Origin: Enoplolaimus lenunculus
Lineage: Eukaryota
Direction: 5' to 3'
DNA: 64,000 bases
Assembly: GCA_030248215.1 (NCBI GenBank)
Contig: JASANG010001402.1
Span: 1 to 64,000 of the forward strand
The notes beneath the pieces are model-generated. The model did not search any database. It was given only the letters and a program-made list of their open reading frames with translations, and was not told where the DNA came from. This document shows positions 12,901-26,204 of this stretch, piece by piece. Every line of letters starts with the position of its first letter. The first letter of the stretch is position 1. The position numbers were made by a program, and so were the translations under genes.

Positions 12901-15900
12901 TCTATTATCAAAAAATTGCGAATAACGAAGTTCTCGACCCACCCCACAAAATTGTTTGTTCGTTGTAATATATCCTCTACAAAAGTTTTTCTTTGGTTTA
13001 TTTCATTTTTGAACGTAATCATTATCCTGGTGTGATGAACAGTTAATATTATGGATGTGCCAATTAATTGGCATTTGTATCGATCGGTAATATCGGCGCT
13101 TTTCTGGAGATTGGCAATTACACTGCAAAAGTTGTCGATCCTTTGCTTGCCGATACATTTTGCACTTAGCCGAGAGCTTGGTTTGTGTGTAAAAAAATTA
13201 ATTGAAACGAGCCGTTCTCACATAATAATTATAACCGTGTATGGTTGTTAGACTTTAAGTCTTTGTGTTTATAATAATGTAACGTAGCAATTCTAATTGT
13301 TCCTTAAGCATCATGTATTAAAATTAGAATCGATGTTGGCATCGGTTCAGTATCGGCAAAAAATTTGGTATCGGCACATCACTAGTTGATATTATATTAG
13401 ATAGGGATGTGCCGATACCAAAATTTTTGCCGGTACCAAAATTTTTGCCGGTACCGATGCCGAATCTTATTTTGAAATTTTGCCGAGGCCGAACCGATGC
13501 CGATGCCGATTATAACTTTAGTACACCATGCTTAATAAACAGATAGGATACTACATTACATAATTATATAAATTGTATAAAGACTTAAACCCTAACCATC
13601 ATTAACGATTATAATTTTAGACTAACGGTTCATTTCAACTAATTTTTTCAAACACAAACGCAAGAAAGATATCAGTTTTCCTGACCAGACACACTGATTT
13701 GCGCCCAGAAATGAAATTGATAGCATTCAAATTGACTGTTATGTGCAAAAAGTATCGGCAAAGAATCGGCAATTTTTATGCAGTGCCGATGCCGATCCCG
13801 ATACTCACGAAAACTGCCGATCATTGCCGATGCCGATTAATCGGCACATCCCTAATATTAGGGTTTTAATAGGAATTACTTCTGGCAGAGAGCAGAAAAT
13901 AGGAATTAATTTTCTCGCTGGAACAGGAATTGCAAATATATTGCATCACCGAATTACGGTTAATTGACTAGACTATAACTTACTAGAAAATATGCTGTTC
14001 AACGTTTGTTTTGCGTTTTCATTAGTACGTATATAATATACTACAGTGGCATAATGTTTTAGTCAATATTTTGAGTATTTAGTTAACCCTATCATGGCTA
14101 ATATCTTTGGATCAGGGTGGCACCGAATCCACGATTTGACCGAATCCGAATCCAGTGCTAATTTGCCGAAACCGAATCCGAATCCTGCATGTTGCAAATT
14201 TCAGATATATGTATAATTTGTTTCAGAATATCAACGCCATGCCAGCCGTATAACCTATAATACGTTAATATATTTGGTCCCGACGTCAATTCTGAGATTT
14301 CTCACCTGAAAAAATATTGATTTTTATAGCAAGGTATTTAAAAACTTCATTGCCTAAAAATGAAAAACATATTGCCGAACTTTGTTGGATTCGGCTTTTG
14401 GACTCGGCTTTTCCACAACCGAATCCGAACCTCAAATTTTTGCCGAATCCGAACCTTTGTTGCCACCCTGCTTTGGATGTCAATTTATTGGTACAAACTC
14501 TTCTCATTGCTTAGCACAAAATATAGAATTACTGTGGGTTATTGTGACGACATATTGTATTAGTATATTAAGCGTACACCAAGTAACACGGCGAGTTTGG
14601 TTAACTGAAGTGATAAAGTTTGAGTGTGACGGATACTGAAAGCTATGTTCACGGTTATGTTACAGATGTTTCGGCCGCTGTATGGAATGTGGACTCTGGG
14701 GACCCCATATTAAAACGTAACGTGCGTTATAGCTAGGGATGGGAGTCTCAGTGTCAGTCTCAAGTCTCGAAAATTCCTGAGTCTTTCTTAACACTCAATT
14801 CTGTTTTGTATAAACATTCTTAAGTATTGAACTAAACGATGCGCTAAATTTAGTCTGTGGGCCAACATAATTTTACTGAAGAACTTAAGTATCAAAAAAT
14901 TTTACTACTTATCTGGCACTTCATATTTGTGAAATTTCAAATTGTATTATAATGTCTATAATGCACAAGCCAGCCTGTTCCACTAATATGATTTGTGCGA
15001 CAGTGCAATTTTTATTGTGCAATATAAAAATTAAAATCGGAACTTGTTTTGAGTCGGAATTTTAATCGGATCGGAATTCCAGTTGCACCCTGGTATATTA
15101 TATGTCAAATAAATGAATATTCTCAATCTTATAATTTGCTTATGAGCCAACAGACACCCTAAATCAATATTATACATTTATACTTGTTAATAGAAATGGC
15201 GGAGGTACGGAATCTGGACCCCCAAAGATTTTGATAAAAAGTGGTCCATCCTATAGATCTCGACGAGCTGAGTTCAACGGTACCATTTTTGTTAAAATTG
15301 ACAGCCCTCTAAGTTATAGTGCAAACACGCGCATATTGGAACAAGAAGTATCTATTATGCGTATGTTCATACAATATAAGTTTAACCAGGTTTATTCCTA
15401 ACACGTATTTGATTGTTTGTACGTGTTTTATTTGGTAAAAAGGTAAAATTTAAAGGGCCATAACTATTGACACCGTTGAACTCAGTGCGTCGAAATCTAT
15501 AAAATGAACTATTCTATATAAAATTCCTAGGGGGGTCCATGTTCCGTATCTGCGCCATAGAAAATATGCATATAGTCACAAATCTTCTTGTTCCGATTCC
15601 AGTATAAATTTGCTTTCCGATTCCGATAAAATCCAGTTATGATGTGCCCGCGCTAAGTACAATGATGCTATTTTTAGAACTACAATGCCGTTGGTTCAAG
15701 AGTTATGACTCTTTTTTTGTGATAAATTCTAAAACACGTATTAACCGCTATCCAAATTTGCGCAACAAGTAAACCTGCTCGCAACAAGTAAACCTGCTTT
15801 AGCTTATAGTTTGTGAATGGGTAGAACTTAGATATAAGACTACGTCAGAAGCAACATTTGACTTAAATTCCTTAGCTCTTAACTTTTGAACCAGAGGTCA

Positions 15901-18900
15901 TGCAGCCGTGAAACTGGTGCCGTCTCGAACTCATCGCACCAAAATCTCTACAATCTGCCATTTTCGGTAAAACATGCGAATTCCCTACTTTGGCCCTGGA
16001 GTCATCTATGCGCTCCAATTAGGGATAATAGACATTTATGGGCTTTAAACAAGGGTTTAAGGACTCTACCCGCTTACGGATTCTTACTAGGGATACGGAC
16101 TTGCGAAATTGGGTTGTACATTGGCTGCACTGCCCGTGCCCCGTATTTACACAGTTGTTGTTTTCACCGAAAGCGTATGTTTGTATTTATGTGTTGTTGT
16201 CTGTTATGATAAAGCTTTTGTAAATGTGTGTTGTGTACTATATAGTACTGCCAATAAGAGTTATATGTATCGCGTCGATGGTTCAGTGGTAGAATGCTCG
16301 CCTGCCACGCGGGCGGCCCGGGTTCGATTCCCGGTCGACGCAATGCTTTTTTCTTCACAGTAATAAATAATTCTGGGTTTTGGACTAGTTAAACATCGTT
16401 ATCAGCTCGGCACCAATCAATTATCGGGTGGTTAAAGAACGTTTTGCAAACAACAAAATTGCTTTTTAGTTTTGGTAATACTAACCGTTTTGCTGTGATT
16501 GCATTTTACAGCAAACCAAAAAAATTAAATTTTTTGACACTGAACTAATATCAAATTTTTGGTTTAAAATTAATTTTTGTTCAGTACACAAATAGTTTTT
16601 TGCGCAACTCAAATACTGCCGACAATGATGTTAACTTCCGGTTCCTGTCTCGTAAAAACATTTGATATGCGGGTACTTTTTATATGGTCGATCCGTGGTC
16701 GGTATGAGCTAGGGGGGCGGCACAGCATCGCTTTGAAAATCATAACCATTTTTGTGTTAAAATATATTTTTCAAAAATAACGTTTGTTATGGGTCATAAT
16801 ACAACGCTGAAAACTGCATATATGAAATTGTCTTGTTCATTTGAGTTCTACGATCAGTGTGCAACCGGATTTCCGGTTCCGATCAGATTTCCGATTCAAA
16901 ACGAGTTCCGATTCCGATTGCACAATCAATCGGAATTTTGAAATTATAATTTTAATCTTACTTGTTGCGATTACGCTACGTAAAACTTCTGTATTATTTA
17001 TCTATTAAATTGCTTTCGATGACTTAACTTATCAATAATCGGTTATAGTTTAGCTTTACAGAACCAAAAATCGTCGCCGATTTGTTGATGCAACCTTTTT
17101 GAAAATTGTTGCCAGTAAACAGACACCCTAAATTAACATTTTTATATTTGTCAATGCAAATTATCCGTACAGTCACAAAATTTCTAGTACCGATTCCGGT
17201 ATAAATTTGCTGTTCCGGTTCCGATTCCGCTATAATCCAGTTCAGCGTATCACCCTGTACTCATTTTGTAAACTTCGTAGTATAGTCAAATTATATGCTT
17301 TTTGTAATCTACAGGTTAAGCTGAGTACAAAAATATACCAAAATTTATAAGATTAACACGGAAGTAGCACCAATATTTTTAACATTCGGAATAATTTTTC
17401 GATTAGGGTCGAAGAGGTCCGCAGGAACTGGAAAGGTGGCTGTGCATCCGTGGTAGTTGTCCTGATTCTTATTTTAGTCATTTAAACATTGCTGGGGTGG
17501 TTGAGGAGATGCGAAATGTTACCGAGATGTTTTGTGTATAATGGAACTCAAAAATCAGTTGGTGTTTTGGTAGAAAATTTTTCTGACAAATTCTCTAAAG
17601 TCCTATTCACACGTGCAAGTGTTTGCTGCGAGAACTTGCAGCTACAACTTGCACTTGCAAGTTTTATCCAAAATCCTGTTTGAAAAAGTTGCAGCTTCAA
17701 ATAGTTCATTAAAATCCATAGCTAAGAATTTAGTACACATGTGTGAATAACCATGCAAGTTCACTGAATTTATTGTAGCCGCTTTCTCATTGGCTGATGA
17801 AAAAATGCAAGTTCTGCGTGCAATTTGCAGCTGCAAGTTCTCGCAACAAAAACTTGCATGCGTGAATAGGGCTTAATGATTTCTGTTTTATTTGCTATTT
17901 GGTGACGGGCGGCGACGTACGGCGTCACACGATAACAGTGTCGTCGGTGGAGGTACGGAATCTGGAACCCTCTGCCAATATTGCCACCATACTTTCAATA
18001 TAGTTGATCATTTGTTTGTTCTAGAAAACGTAGAAAATTTGCTTTCGCGTATAGATGCTAACTTGTGCAGTGCGTTGAGCGAATTGGATTTGGCAAACCT
18101 AACTCTAGATACGAGTGTGAGTGTTTACGTTCGAAAACTGTCAATTGGATGCAAGGGATGGTGCGGCCGAACAGCACTCACCCACCCTTGTCTTGATTTG
18201 TTCTTTTGTATGCATTTGCTATAAGACATTAATCTTGTATTCACGTTTAATTGTTTAGGAGAATGTTTAAGGCGTATTGCAGAGTCCAATTTGTACCTTT
18301 TTTATGATTAAAGTTACGTAAGAGTTGAAAGCTCTCATAATAGCTTGCGGAACTCAGAAATTGTAACTAACCACTATGTTTGAAAATCGTTATCGACCCG
18401 CGTTTCTGTTTTTAGATATAAGTTATACTTATTAGCTGACTCCGGTATAAGGAGCCAATTTTAAACTCGGTCGAAACTTGGCTTGATCCTATACAAAGAT
18501 GATTATGTAGCTTTCAACGAATTTAGTAACTATGTGTTGGCATTGTTTTTGTTTTTATTTTCAGTTCACAAAAGATTGCGATGGTGTCGGCAAAAAGTTT
18601 AATTTGAGTAATTTACTCGCTGATCCATGTTCAGTTGGAGATCCTATTCAAAGTAGCAGAGATGAAGGTTAGGTTCACTTTTTGGTGAAATGTGTCGATT
18701 AATCGGTATCGGCATCGGTAATAATCGGTACTTTTCGTGAGTATCGGCTGCAAAACAATTGCCGATTCATTGACGATACTTTTTGCACATAATAGTTAGT
18801 TGGAATGCTATCAATTTCAGTTGTTGACGTATCTCGGTGAATCGGATCAGCGAATCTATTATTTCTCCGGCGTTTGTGTTTGAAAAAATCAATTGAAATG

Positions 18901-21900
18901 AACCGTCCTCATAACATTATAGTCGTTAATGGTGGTTAGGGTTTAAGTTTTTGCATTACGATGTAATGTATGTAGTATCCTCTCAGAGGCATGGCGTACT
19001 AACGTTGGAATCGGTTTGGGTTGCGGTATGCTTTACTATCCGCGTGCCGCCGCCCATTACAAATAAAAGTAAATATAAAATAGGCAGCTAAAAATACGTT
19101 TTATTATGTAGTGTCAAAGGGTCCTATACTGCCGGTTTAATTTTCCTGGGCTCGTTTTAATTAATTTTTGTATATTTTGGAAAAACTGACAATATAACCA
19201 TTGTGTGTCCTTAACGAAATATGATGTAAAATGGTTAAAAATACCTTTAAATTTAATGTTACATATTTTTGACCTCCTGTTTTGGATTTGCTCTCTGCTC
19301 CAATCACTAACATAAGTTATTGTGGTATGCACGTACGATACCGCTCGGTGACTGACAGCGACGTACGACGCCGGACGATATTGAAATTTTTAACTAGTAT
19401 AGCACCACCGCAACTGCTTTGTCCAGACGTTAAAATTTTAGATACACAGATTCCTGTAGTTGACGCGGCGTTAGATTGTGACAATGACGTTGATTTGAGC
19501 GATATGTTTGGGGCGGCTGGGTTCGAAGATGGGCAAGAGCTCTTTGGAGATGATCAAGAAAATAACGAAAACTGCAATGGCGAGAATCAAATGGACATTG
19601 TTGGGAAGGATGTCTGGTAGGTCGGTGTACATACAAGGACTGAAGTCTCGGTATCTATCGCTAAGGGTGGCACCATACTTTTCCAATTTTAGTGCCCTCC
19701 GGGGTCGTGCCGCAACGCACGTAAGCATATCAATATTTGTTAACAGTAATTTGTTGACGTGTATTTGGCCTCGGAACATCACCGCACAACAAATATAGCG
19801 TCCCTAAAAGTTCGGGTTTGAACCTTCGTTTAGTATCAACTGGCAGCCGTATTTTCAACTGAGTGTAGCGTCTTTGACACTTAGTGAAAGGTCTTCATAC
19901 GAACAAACTGCTATAGATGTGGAGAACAAAATTCGTGCAGAAGTGGGTATATCTAGTGTATGTTAAACTTTGAAAGTCATCTAAACACTGTTTCTGATTC
20001 GAATGTTCAACGCCTACCACCGTCTCTGGTAATAAGTGCTAAACAAAACTTATTACATAACACTGCCAATAGTTTCAGCTGTTTTAGTTGTCACCGGGGG
20101 TTCGCAATTAGGGCCCTCACTTATCAAAAGCACCCCCCACGTAAGATTTCCGCTGGTTAAGCCCCAAACTCCCTGTTTTACCCCCGGTTAATTTTACGTT
20201 CCTTAACTGAAACATTTTTTATCATCAATATGAAATAAACATACCCTCTCGTCGGGTTCATAGGCGTTAGACACTGGATATTGCAACTGACGCTTTATTG
20301 AAAATTCTGCGACCGCCTTGCTCAGAAATTTCACCCGGTTGGGAACCGTGGGCCCTCGATTAATGCCCCCCTCCGCCGCGGTCCAGCGAATGCCTAGGTT
20401 GACACGCACGATTTTTAGCTTTTTCAGAAAATCTGTATTTTTTACATAAAATCTGTATTTGAGTGTGTTTTAATCACATTTACTGAAATTACTTTCGAGT
20501 GAAGGTTTAGTGAGAAATGAAGGTTTATATGAAGCCTTTATATTATCTCATGTATGTGTATCATCAAGAGCTTTTGCTTTATTAATTGAGGATGCTCTTA
20601 GATCTACGCATGATTTTTTTGTGTTTTCAGCAAGGCGCGTTACGAAAAAATAAGAGAGGCGGTTTCAAGTAAACAACTCGACTATGGATTCTTTTCGCCG
20701 CAGATATTGGATACTTGGAAAGGGCCAGACAATTGGAAATTGAAAGCACAAAAGCGCACTAAAGGTAAAATTTGCGTTATGTTATTGTATATTTAGTATG
20801 AATGTGCCCATTAATCTTCATCGGTATCGGCATCAGCGATTTTGGCACATCTCGTGTGTATCGGCGTCGACAATGTAAAACATTGCGCCAACTTTTGCTG
20901 ATACTCTTTACACTTGTTGGCTTGCATCAGTGCGTCTCATCAGGAAACTGATGTCTCTGGCGTTTGTGTTTGAAAAATTTTATTACAATGAATCTATCAA
21001 TTCATTTATTTAAGCATCGTGTATTAAAATTGGAATTGATATCTGTTCGACATAGTCAAAATTTGAAAATACTAATCGGCATCGGCAAAAAATTTTGGTA
21101 TCGGGAAATCTAGTTACTAATTTTCTATAAAATTTTATTTCATTGCTTCTGGTTTTGAAGCAGATCAGTTATTTACTGTTTTCACCTCTTGGTTGTATGT
21201 TTTGTAGCGAATGCAGATGATAACCCGTCGCAAATTTCAAAACGTCGCAAAGCTGCAAAAGCAGTGCTTGATTTTGACGGCGATGAAACCCAGTTTGATC
21301 CGCTGTGCAGGCTCAAACTTGAATGTTTAACCGCCGAGCTTGAAAATCGCGACCCGGATACGTCTGGCTTTCCTAAGGTATCAAAAGCGGCGACAACTCT
21401 TGCAAGGACGACGCTGGAATTGTATGGGGAAAATCGAGACGCTCACCTATTGCCTCCGACTCTAGGTTACAAAGCTCGTAACTTGGTCCAGTCGTATTTG
21501 AAGGAGGATGGCACAGTTGTAAGTCGGGGACCCGGGGGGGGGGGGCATTTAATTCATCTGGCAGTCGGGAACGTAGAATTTATGGATTTTTGAAGCACAC
21601 ATAATTTTCGTTTGGTCGGCACATATTTTTTATGACATTTTAGGCGGGGGTACGGAACATCTACCCCCTTAGGGATACAATGAAAATACGCTTATTTTAC
21701 TACAGATTGACATGTGCCTCCGGGAACGGCTTGTGTTGGGGTTAACGAGTGACAAATTTTAAAATTGCCGCTAGCTACCACAAGGATCTGAGGATACTAT
21801 TAAGTTTCATTTAATTTACACCCTGATGAGTGTAAAAGTAAAAGTTGCGACATTGCATACATTAGGCTAACAGTTGTTTACCTTTTACAATATACATACA

Positions 21901-24900
21901 TCCTCAACGTGTAAAATTAATACGTGTATTCCAAAGAGGCAAAGAGTTACAATTTTACTGCTTTTAAGTGTTAATACACCTATGATAATAAATTCTGTAG
22001 TAAACAATTTTTATCGTAAAACCTATCTTAAAGCATGTTTATGGCAGCAAACGAAAAACATTGGCGTGGAAAAACTAATATTATTTACGTAGTTAAAAAT
22101 TTATAAACTTAGATTATGAAAAAACGCAAAATTTAGTGTTTTGGGTTCTAGCTTGTCACCAAAAATAATCAGACTTCAATTGTTGTTTTCCGAGTTTTAC
22201 AAGCTGACTGGAAATTGCAGTGTAGATTGAGGTTAACGCTTGCACATGAAAATAATTAAACAGATGAACATCTTAGTTACTGAAATAAACTATAACACTA
22301 AATTCGGTTTGTAAATAAATACTCATGCTGTACTTTCTACAAGAACAACACACACTGTTTGCGCCGTGTATGTGTTTGAAACATTAGAGTCTGTAATTAT
22401 GTTAATGAATCATGAGTGTCTGTAATTATCTTAACCTTGGAATAACACGTTATAGAAAATTTTGTGATACTCAATAGGGTGCGGAGTAACTGAAAATTAA
22501 TAGTATCTGGGTTCTGAGATGGACCGGATATTAATTTTACCGGAGTCGGATAGTAAATTTTGTACCGGAACCGGAGCCGACTGTTAACCGGGGAAGTGTT
22601 TGTTGAGTCGTGCTAAAATACGTATTTGTGGATTTAAGATTAATAATATTGTTGGCGTGGAATTTTCATTCCATGTCGTTGTCCAATCAAGACTTTTTGA
22701 ATTGCAGCCGCTGGAAAATATCCAGTATTTCGGTGTGTAAAACAGTTTTTAGGACAAATTAGAACCACAACCGCAGATTTCTGGTATCTGGTAGGTTTTT
22801 AATTAAACCGGAACCGGATATCCGGTCGATTTCTGTCTGGGTTAACGAGTGGCAAAATTGTTCACTCTTTAACCCCATCACTAGATGTTCCTGGTGACAC
22901 AGGCTAATCTATTAATGTGAATGTTGTATAGTCTGTAGTGAGCGGAGGCCGGGAGTTTAGATATAGGTATAACATATTTGATCTCACTTTCACTAGTTTC
23001 TGTAGTCGGCAGTGTGGCGTCGAATCCATGATTTGTCAGAATTCGAATCAATTGCTAATTTACCGTATCTGAAGCTTGCATTTTGCAAATTTCCGATATA
23101 TCGGTAATTTGTTTCAGAATGCCAACAGCAGTTTAAAATTTTGTATTGTTTGAAACTATTGGATTCGGCTTTTTACGACCAAATCCGGACTTCCGATATT
23201 TGTAGGGAATGAATTCGAAGTTTTGTTGCTATCCTGCGTGCAACGCCCGCTTGTTATTATAGAATGTGTGATTGTTGCGGTTATAGCTTACTTCGAAAAG
23301 CTCAAATTCACATCGACCTGTGTTTTTTGATCAAATGCGTGATTACAATACGGACGTAGAAGGCGACGATGCAGCTGGTACTGTGGGCTATAAATCTGTG
23401 GACTATATGTCGAGAAGCAACACTCCGCAAGAGATCGAATGGACTGAGAAGGACGGCTGTGATGGTGTTGAGGTTGACGATGATGACGATCAGTTTGTGG
23501 GTAATTCGAAGTGGGGTTTATAATTTTTTGGTATGGAAGGTTGGATACCTTTGTGGAAAGGGTTGGCTTGAGAGTATTCGGCGGTAATGTTGTACGAAAA
23601 CGCTATAGTGATTTTACAACGTTTGGAATTAAACTATGTAGAGATGGCACGAAGGCGAAATTTAAATAAATTTTGACATATTAAATAATCATTTAGCCTA
23701 AAGGACCTATAGCCACGATAGGGATGTTTATAAGTTCACCAATGCTACGCTGAACGTTTGGAGCAGCTTAGGCTCAATGGTATTGGCGTATTTAGGAATC
23801 CGCCAATGCTGCACTGAGCGCTTGGAGTGGCTTATTTTTTCTGCTTACAATGGTTAAATATAATTATTTTGCGCGTTGGGTCACATGCTTTGTTACTTCT
23901 GTTGGTATTGTTTGCAATTGCAATTATAAAAGTGGTACCGTTCGCGTGCGTTGTCGTACGGTGCCAGATGGCGACAGACGTCATCAATAGTATAGCGCCA
24001 CTCTAACGTGGAAATTCTGTTTAAGAAAATGTTCTATGGTATAATGATATCCTAATATTACACAGATTATTTTATTTTATTACAGATTTCGCCTTAACAG
24101 ACGATCCAGCATTGAGTAACCCACTGCCGGACGGTAAGGTTGCTGCTAGGGATGATAAAGAAAATGCTCCGTTATGGCAGCAAAATCAAACGGAAGATTG
24201 TGGAGAACTGGTGGCTGCTCCAACTCAGGTGAATTTGTTTGGCGTTGTAATTTTTGCAAGTTACGTACTTCCTGAAAAACTCTATCCGGTTCCCGTTTTT
24301 ATATCACATCATAGGTGTATAGTTAACGATAACTCCTTGCACGTGATGCACAGTTTGCGAGTGTAACAGAGAATTCTCATAACCTAACTTGGTTCTTGTA
24401 CAATTCCTCCTGGCTTTTAGGTTATGCTTAGATCCGCAAAAGTTGATATCAATGTATGTAATTTTAATTGAAAACTGTGGCACTGTGAGTGATTAAGATA
24501 TTTTCAGGTTCATGGCCTTAATATCGAATATGCAAAGCAGGCCAAACGCATAGATGTACGGAAACTAAAAAGTGCGCTGTGGTCGATTCTAACTGAGAAA
24601 CAAGATCAAGTATGTGTTAAGATGCGCAATACAGAAGAAACAACTGGACGTTATCTTTGCCGATTGCTGCGTTTGTATGGATGCAATCATAGATTTATAT
24701 CTTCGAGCCGAGATTATGAAGGATTATTATCTGAGAATTTTACAGTAGTTACCAGAGATTTCTTAACGTCCTATGTGTTTCGTGTAGGCCTTTAATTGGC
24801 CGAATTGGCTTAATATCAATCGTTTGCAGAATTTTGTCATATAGTTTTAAACTGTAATTTTATTCTATTTTGATTCTAAGGTGCAAACGAAAAATTCAAC

Positions 24901-26204
24901 AACAAAAGACACGACAACAAAACAAACAACGAATGATAGCTTTATGGCAGAAAAATTTTACAGTAGTTACCAGAGATTTCTTAACGTCCTATGTGTTTCG
25001 TGTAGGCCTTTAATTGGCCGAATTGGCTTAATATCAATCGTTTGTAGAGTTTTGTCATATAGTTTTAAACTGTAATTTTATTCTATTTTGATTCTAAGGT
25101 GCAAACGAAAAATTCAACAACAAAAGACACGACAACAAAACAAACAACGAATGATAGCTTTATGGCAGAAAAGAAATTATTCTCACAGTTGTGTAATTCG
25201 CTTCCGAGCAAATTGTCCGCGGCACAGTTGGCCAATTTGTCTGTTCCAACAGTTTTTGTGTGTTTTTTGCATATGTGCAATGAAAAAGTAAGTGCGATTT
25301 TAGTGAAATTGTTTTTAGTTTTGAGTCTGTATTTTGTGCGGTGCTAAGTTTTGTTTTGTGTTGTCGCGGATCAGAGCAGCCATGTCATTTTTAGGGGTAA
25401 GTCCGTTTTAATTTAGCTTCGCTATGTGTTACATTTGTCGTTTGTGAAAGAACACCTATAGCAGGTCAAATGGGTATGTGTCCTTCATACTGTTTTAGAT
25501 ATATTAGTTACCTGGTACGACATTATTTAGTATTTTTACAAGTTGTATAAGCACAATAAAAACATGTCATTTCAAGTGGATAGAGACGTCCCGGGGCCGG
25601 AGCCAAACGGTACTATGTACGGTACCAGAAAAACAATGTCTCGTAGCACAGTTTATCCAAAATCTGAACGCAGCACAGTAAGTTTATTACATTACCATAG
25701 GCAAAATGTCGCTTGACGCGATATTGCAAAATAAATTATCCATTAGCACTAACTTCACAACATGGGAGTGTCAACAAATGTCGCGTGACAGAGTATGAGA
25801 AGAACGGTACCCCAACTTCTAGGTACATGTTCACGCACAAGTTCATAAATTTCGAAGTTTAGTGTACTTTGCTGGCCCCGACCCTGGCTGAAATCCTGGC
25901 ATCGGGACATCTCTACAAGTGACCACATTAAATTTGAATTTTGTGAAATTTACACTCAATATTAATTTTACCAGTTCCAGTTCAACTGAGCGCAGATTTT
26001 TCCGCCGCGGATTTTTATTTTAATCGCAGTTTCGCTTTCGTTTATTGTCCGTTTTGCTCCCTGTGCCGATCACTTTGACACTCGTTATGTGCAAGGTACA
26101 ATAGCGTTTTGTAACACAGCAATTACGCAAAATATTTAATATATTTTTAGGTTTTACAACTGGAGCCACTTGCAGATATGTCAGATTTTGAAATAACGCA
26201 GTGA
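6902..26204 (+). CDS. NCAPH: Condensin complex subunit 2 (CAP-H/barren kleisin), about 835 aa, 19 exons
   Basis: In-phase exons: 6902-6993, 8086-8227, 9042-9100, 10531-10621, 10804-10902, 11202-11319, 11497-11609, 11871-11939, 12194-12401, 18025-18116, 18565-18667, 19442-19616, 20631-20764, 21208-21518, 23287-23500, 24086-24228, 24508-24609, 25099-25287, 26151-26204. CAP-H motifs: [110 protein letters not shown]. The first three exons are less certain. Confidence 0.92.
7061..7748. mobile_element. Long-TIR MITE with a nested CAGGG hAT MITE (7232-7554)
   Basis: About 90-bp imperfect inverted arms (GGGAACGACATGTCC...GCACAAATTTTT vs AAAAATTTGTGC...GGACATGTCGTTACC). The inner element runs CAGGGTACAACCGG...CCGGCTGCATCCTA with TSD ATATATAC/ATATAAAC. 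Confidence 0.72.
9483..10272 (+). mobile_element. DINE-1/HINE-like non-autonomous Helentron (rolling-circle) element
   Basis: Perfect subTIR pair TTTATTGAGCGAAGCTCG (9483-9500) / CGAGCTTCGCTCAATAAA (10222-10239). A (GTCC/GTCT)n microsatellite at about 9551-9574, three ~160-bp central tandem repeats, and a short imperfect 3' hairpin (GTAGT...ACTAC). Confidence 0.75.
13402..13854. mobile_element. hAT-like MITE (TAGGGATG family), inverted relative to the 3192 copy
   Basis: Termini TAGGGATGTGCCGAT...ATCGGCACATCCCTA, near-perfect 8-bp TSD, and an interior homologous to 3192-3595. Confidence 0.85.
14113..14470. mobile_element. hAT-like MITE (CAGGGTGGCA family)
   Basis: CAGGGTGGCA...TGCCACCCTG TIRs with a perfect 8-bp TSD CTTTGGAT. 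A degenerate relative lies near 23010-23236. Confidence 0.87.
15198..15556. mobile_element. GG-terminal TIR MITE inserted in an older CAGGG-family fragment
   Basis: TIRs GGCGGAGGTACGGAATCTGGACCCCC / GGGGGTCCATGTTCCGTATCTGCGCC, flanks ATAGAAAT/ATAGAAAA. Partial relatives near 17948, 21642 and 38105-38230. Confidence 0.7.
16272..16342 (+). tRNA. tRNA-Gly(GCC), inside NCAPH intron 9
   Basis: GCGTCGA...TCGACGC acceptor stem, A box TGGTTCAGTGG, anticodon arm CTCGC-CTGCCAC-GCGGG, T arm CCGGG-TTCGATT-CCCGG, and a T6 Pol III terminator at 16347-16352. Confidence 0.96.
16855..17257. mobile_element. CAGGGTGCAACCGG-family hAT-like MITE (unexpanded relative of 48486-49661)
   Basis: CAGTGTGCAACCGG...CACCCTG termini. 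The interior is the reverse complement of 49310-49661 and is homologous to about 2250-2700. Confidence 0.78.
17599..17873. mobile_element. PIF/Harbinger-like (Tourist-type) MITE
   Basis: About 60-bp TIRs AGTCCTATTCACACGTGCAAG.../...CTTGCATGCGTGAATAGGGCT, flanked by TAA on both sides. Confidence 0.78.
24736..25171 (+). repeat. 218-bp tandem duplication spanning an NCAPH intron-exon boundary
   Basis: 24736-24953 and 24954-25171 are near-identical; I saw two substitutions. Confidence 0.93.

Noticed and set aside
19885..19942. Possible extra NCAPH exon ([19 protein letters not shown])
   Set aside because: It would need a weak GTGGGT donor and an alternative AAG acceptor at 20634. Direct 19616-to-20631 splicing is already in frame, so this is unresolved without RNA data and was left out of the model.
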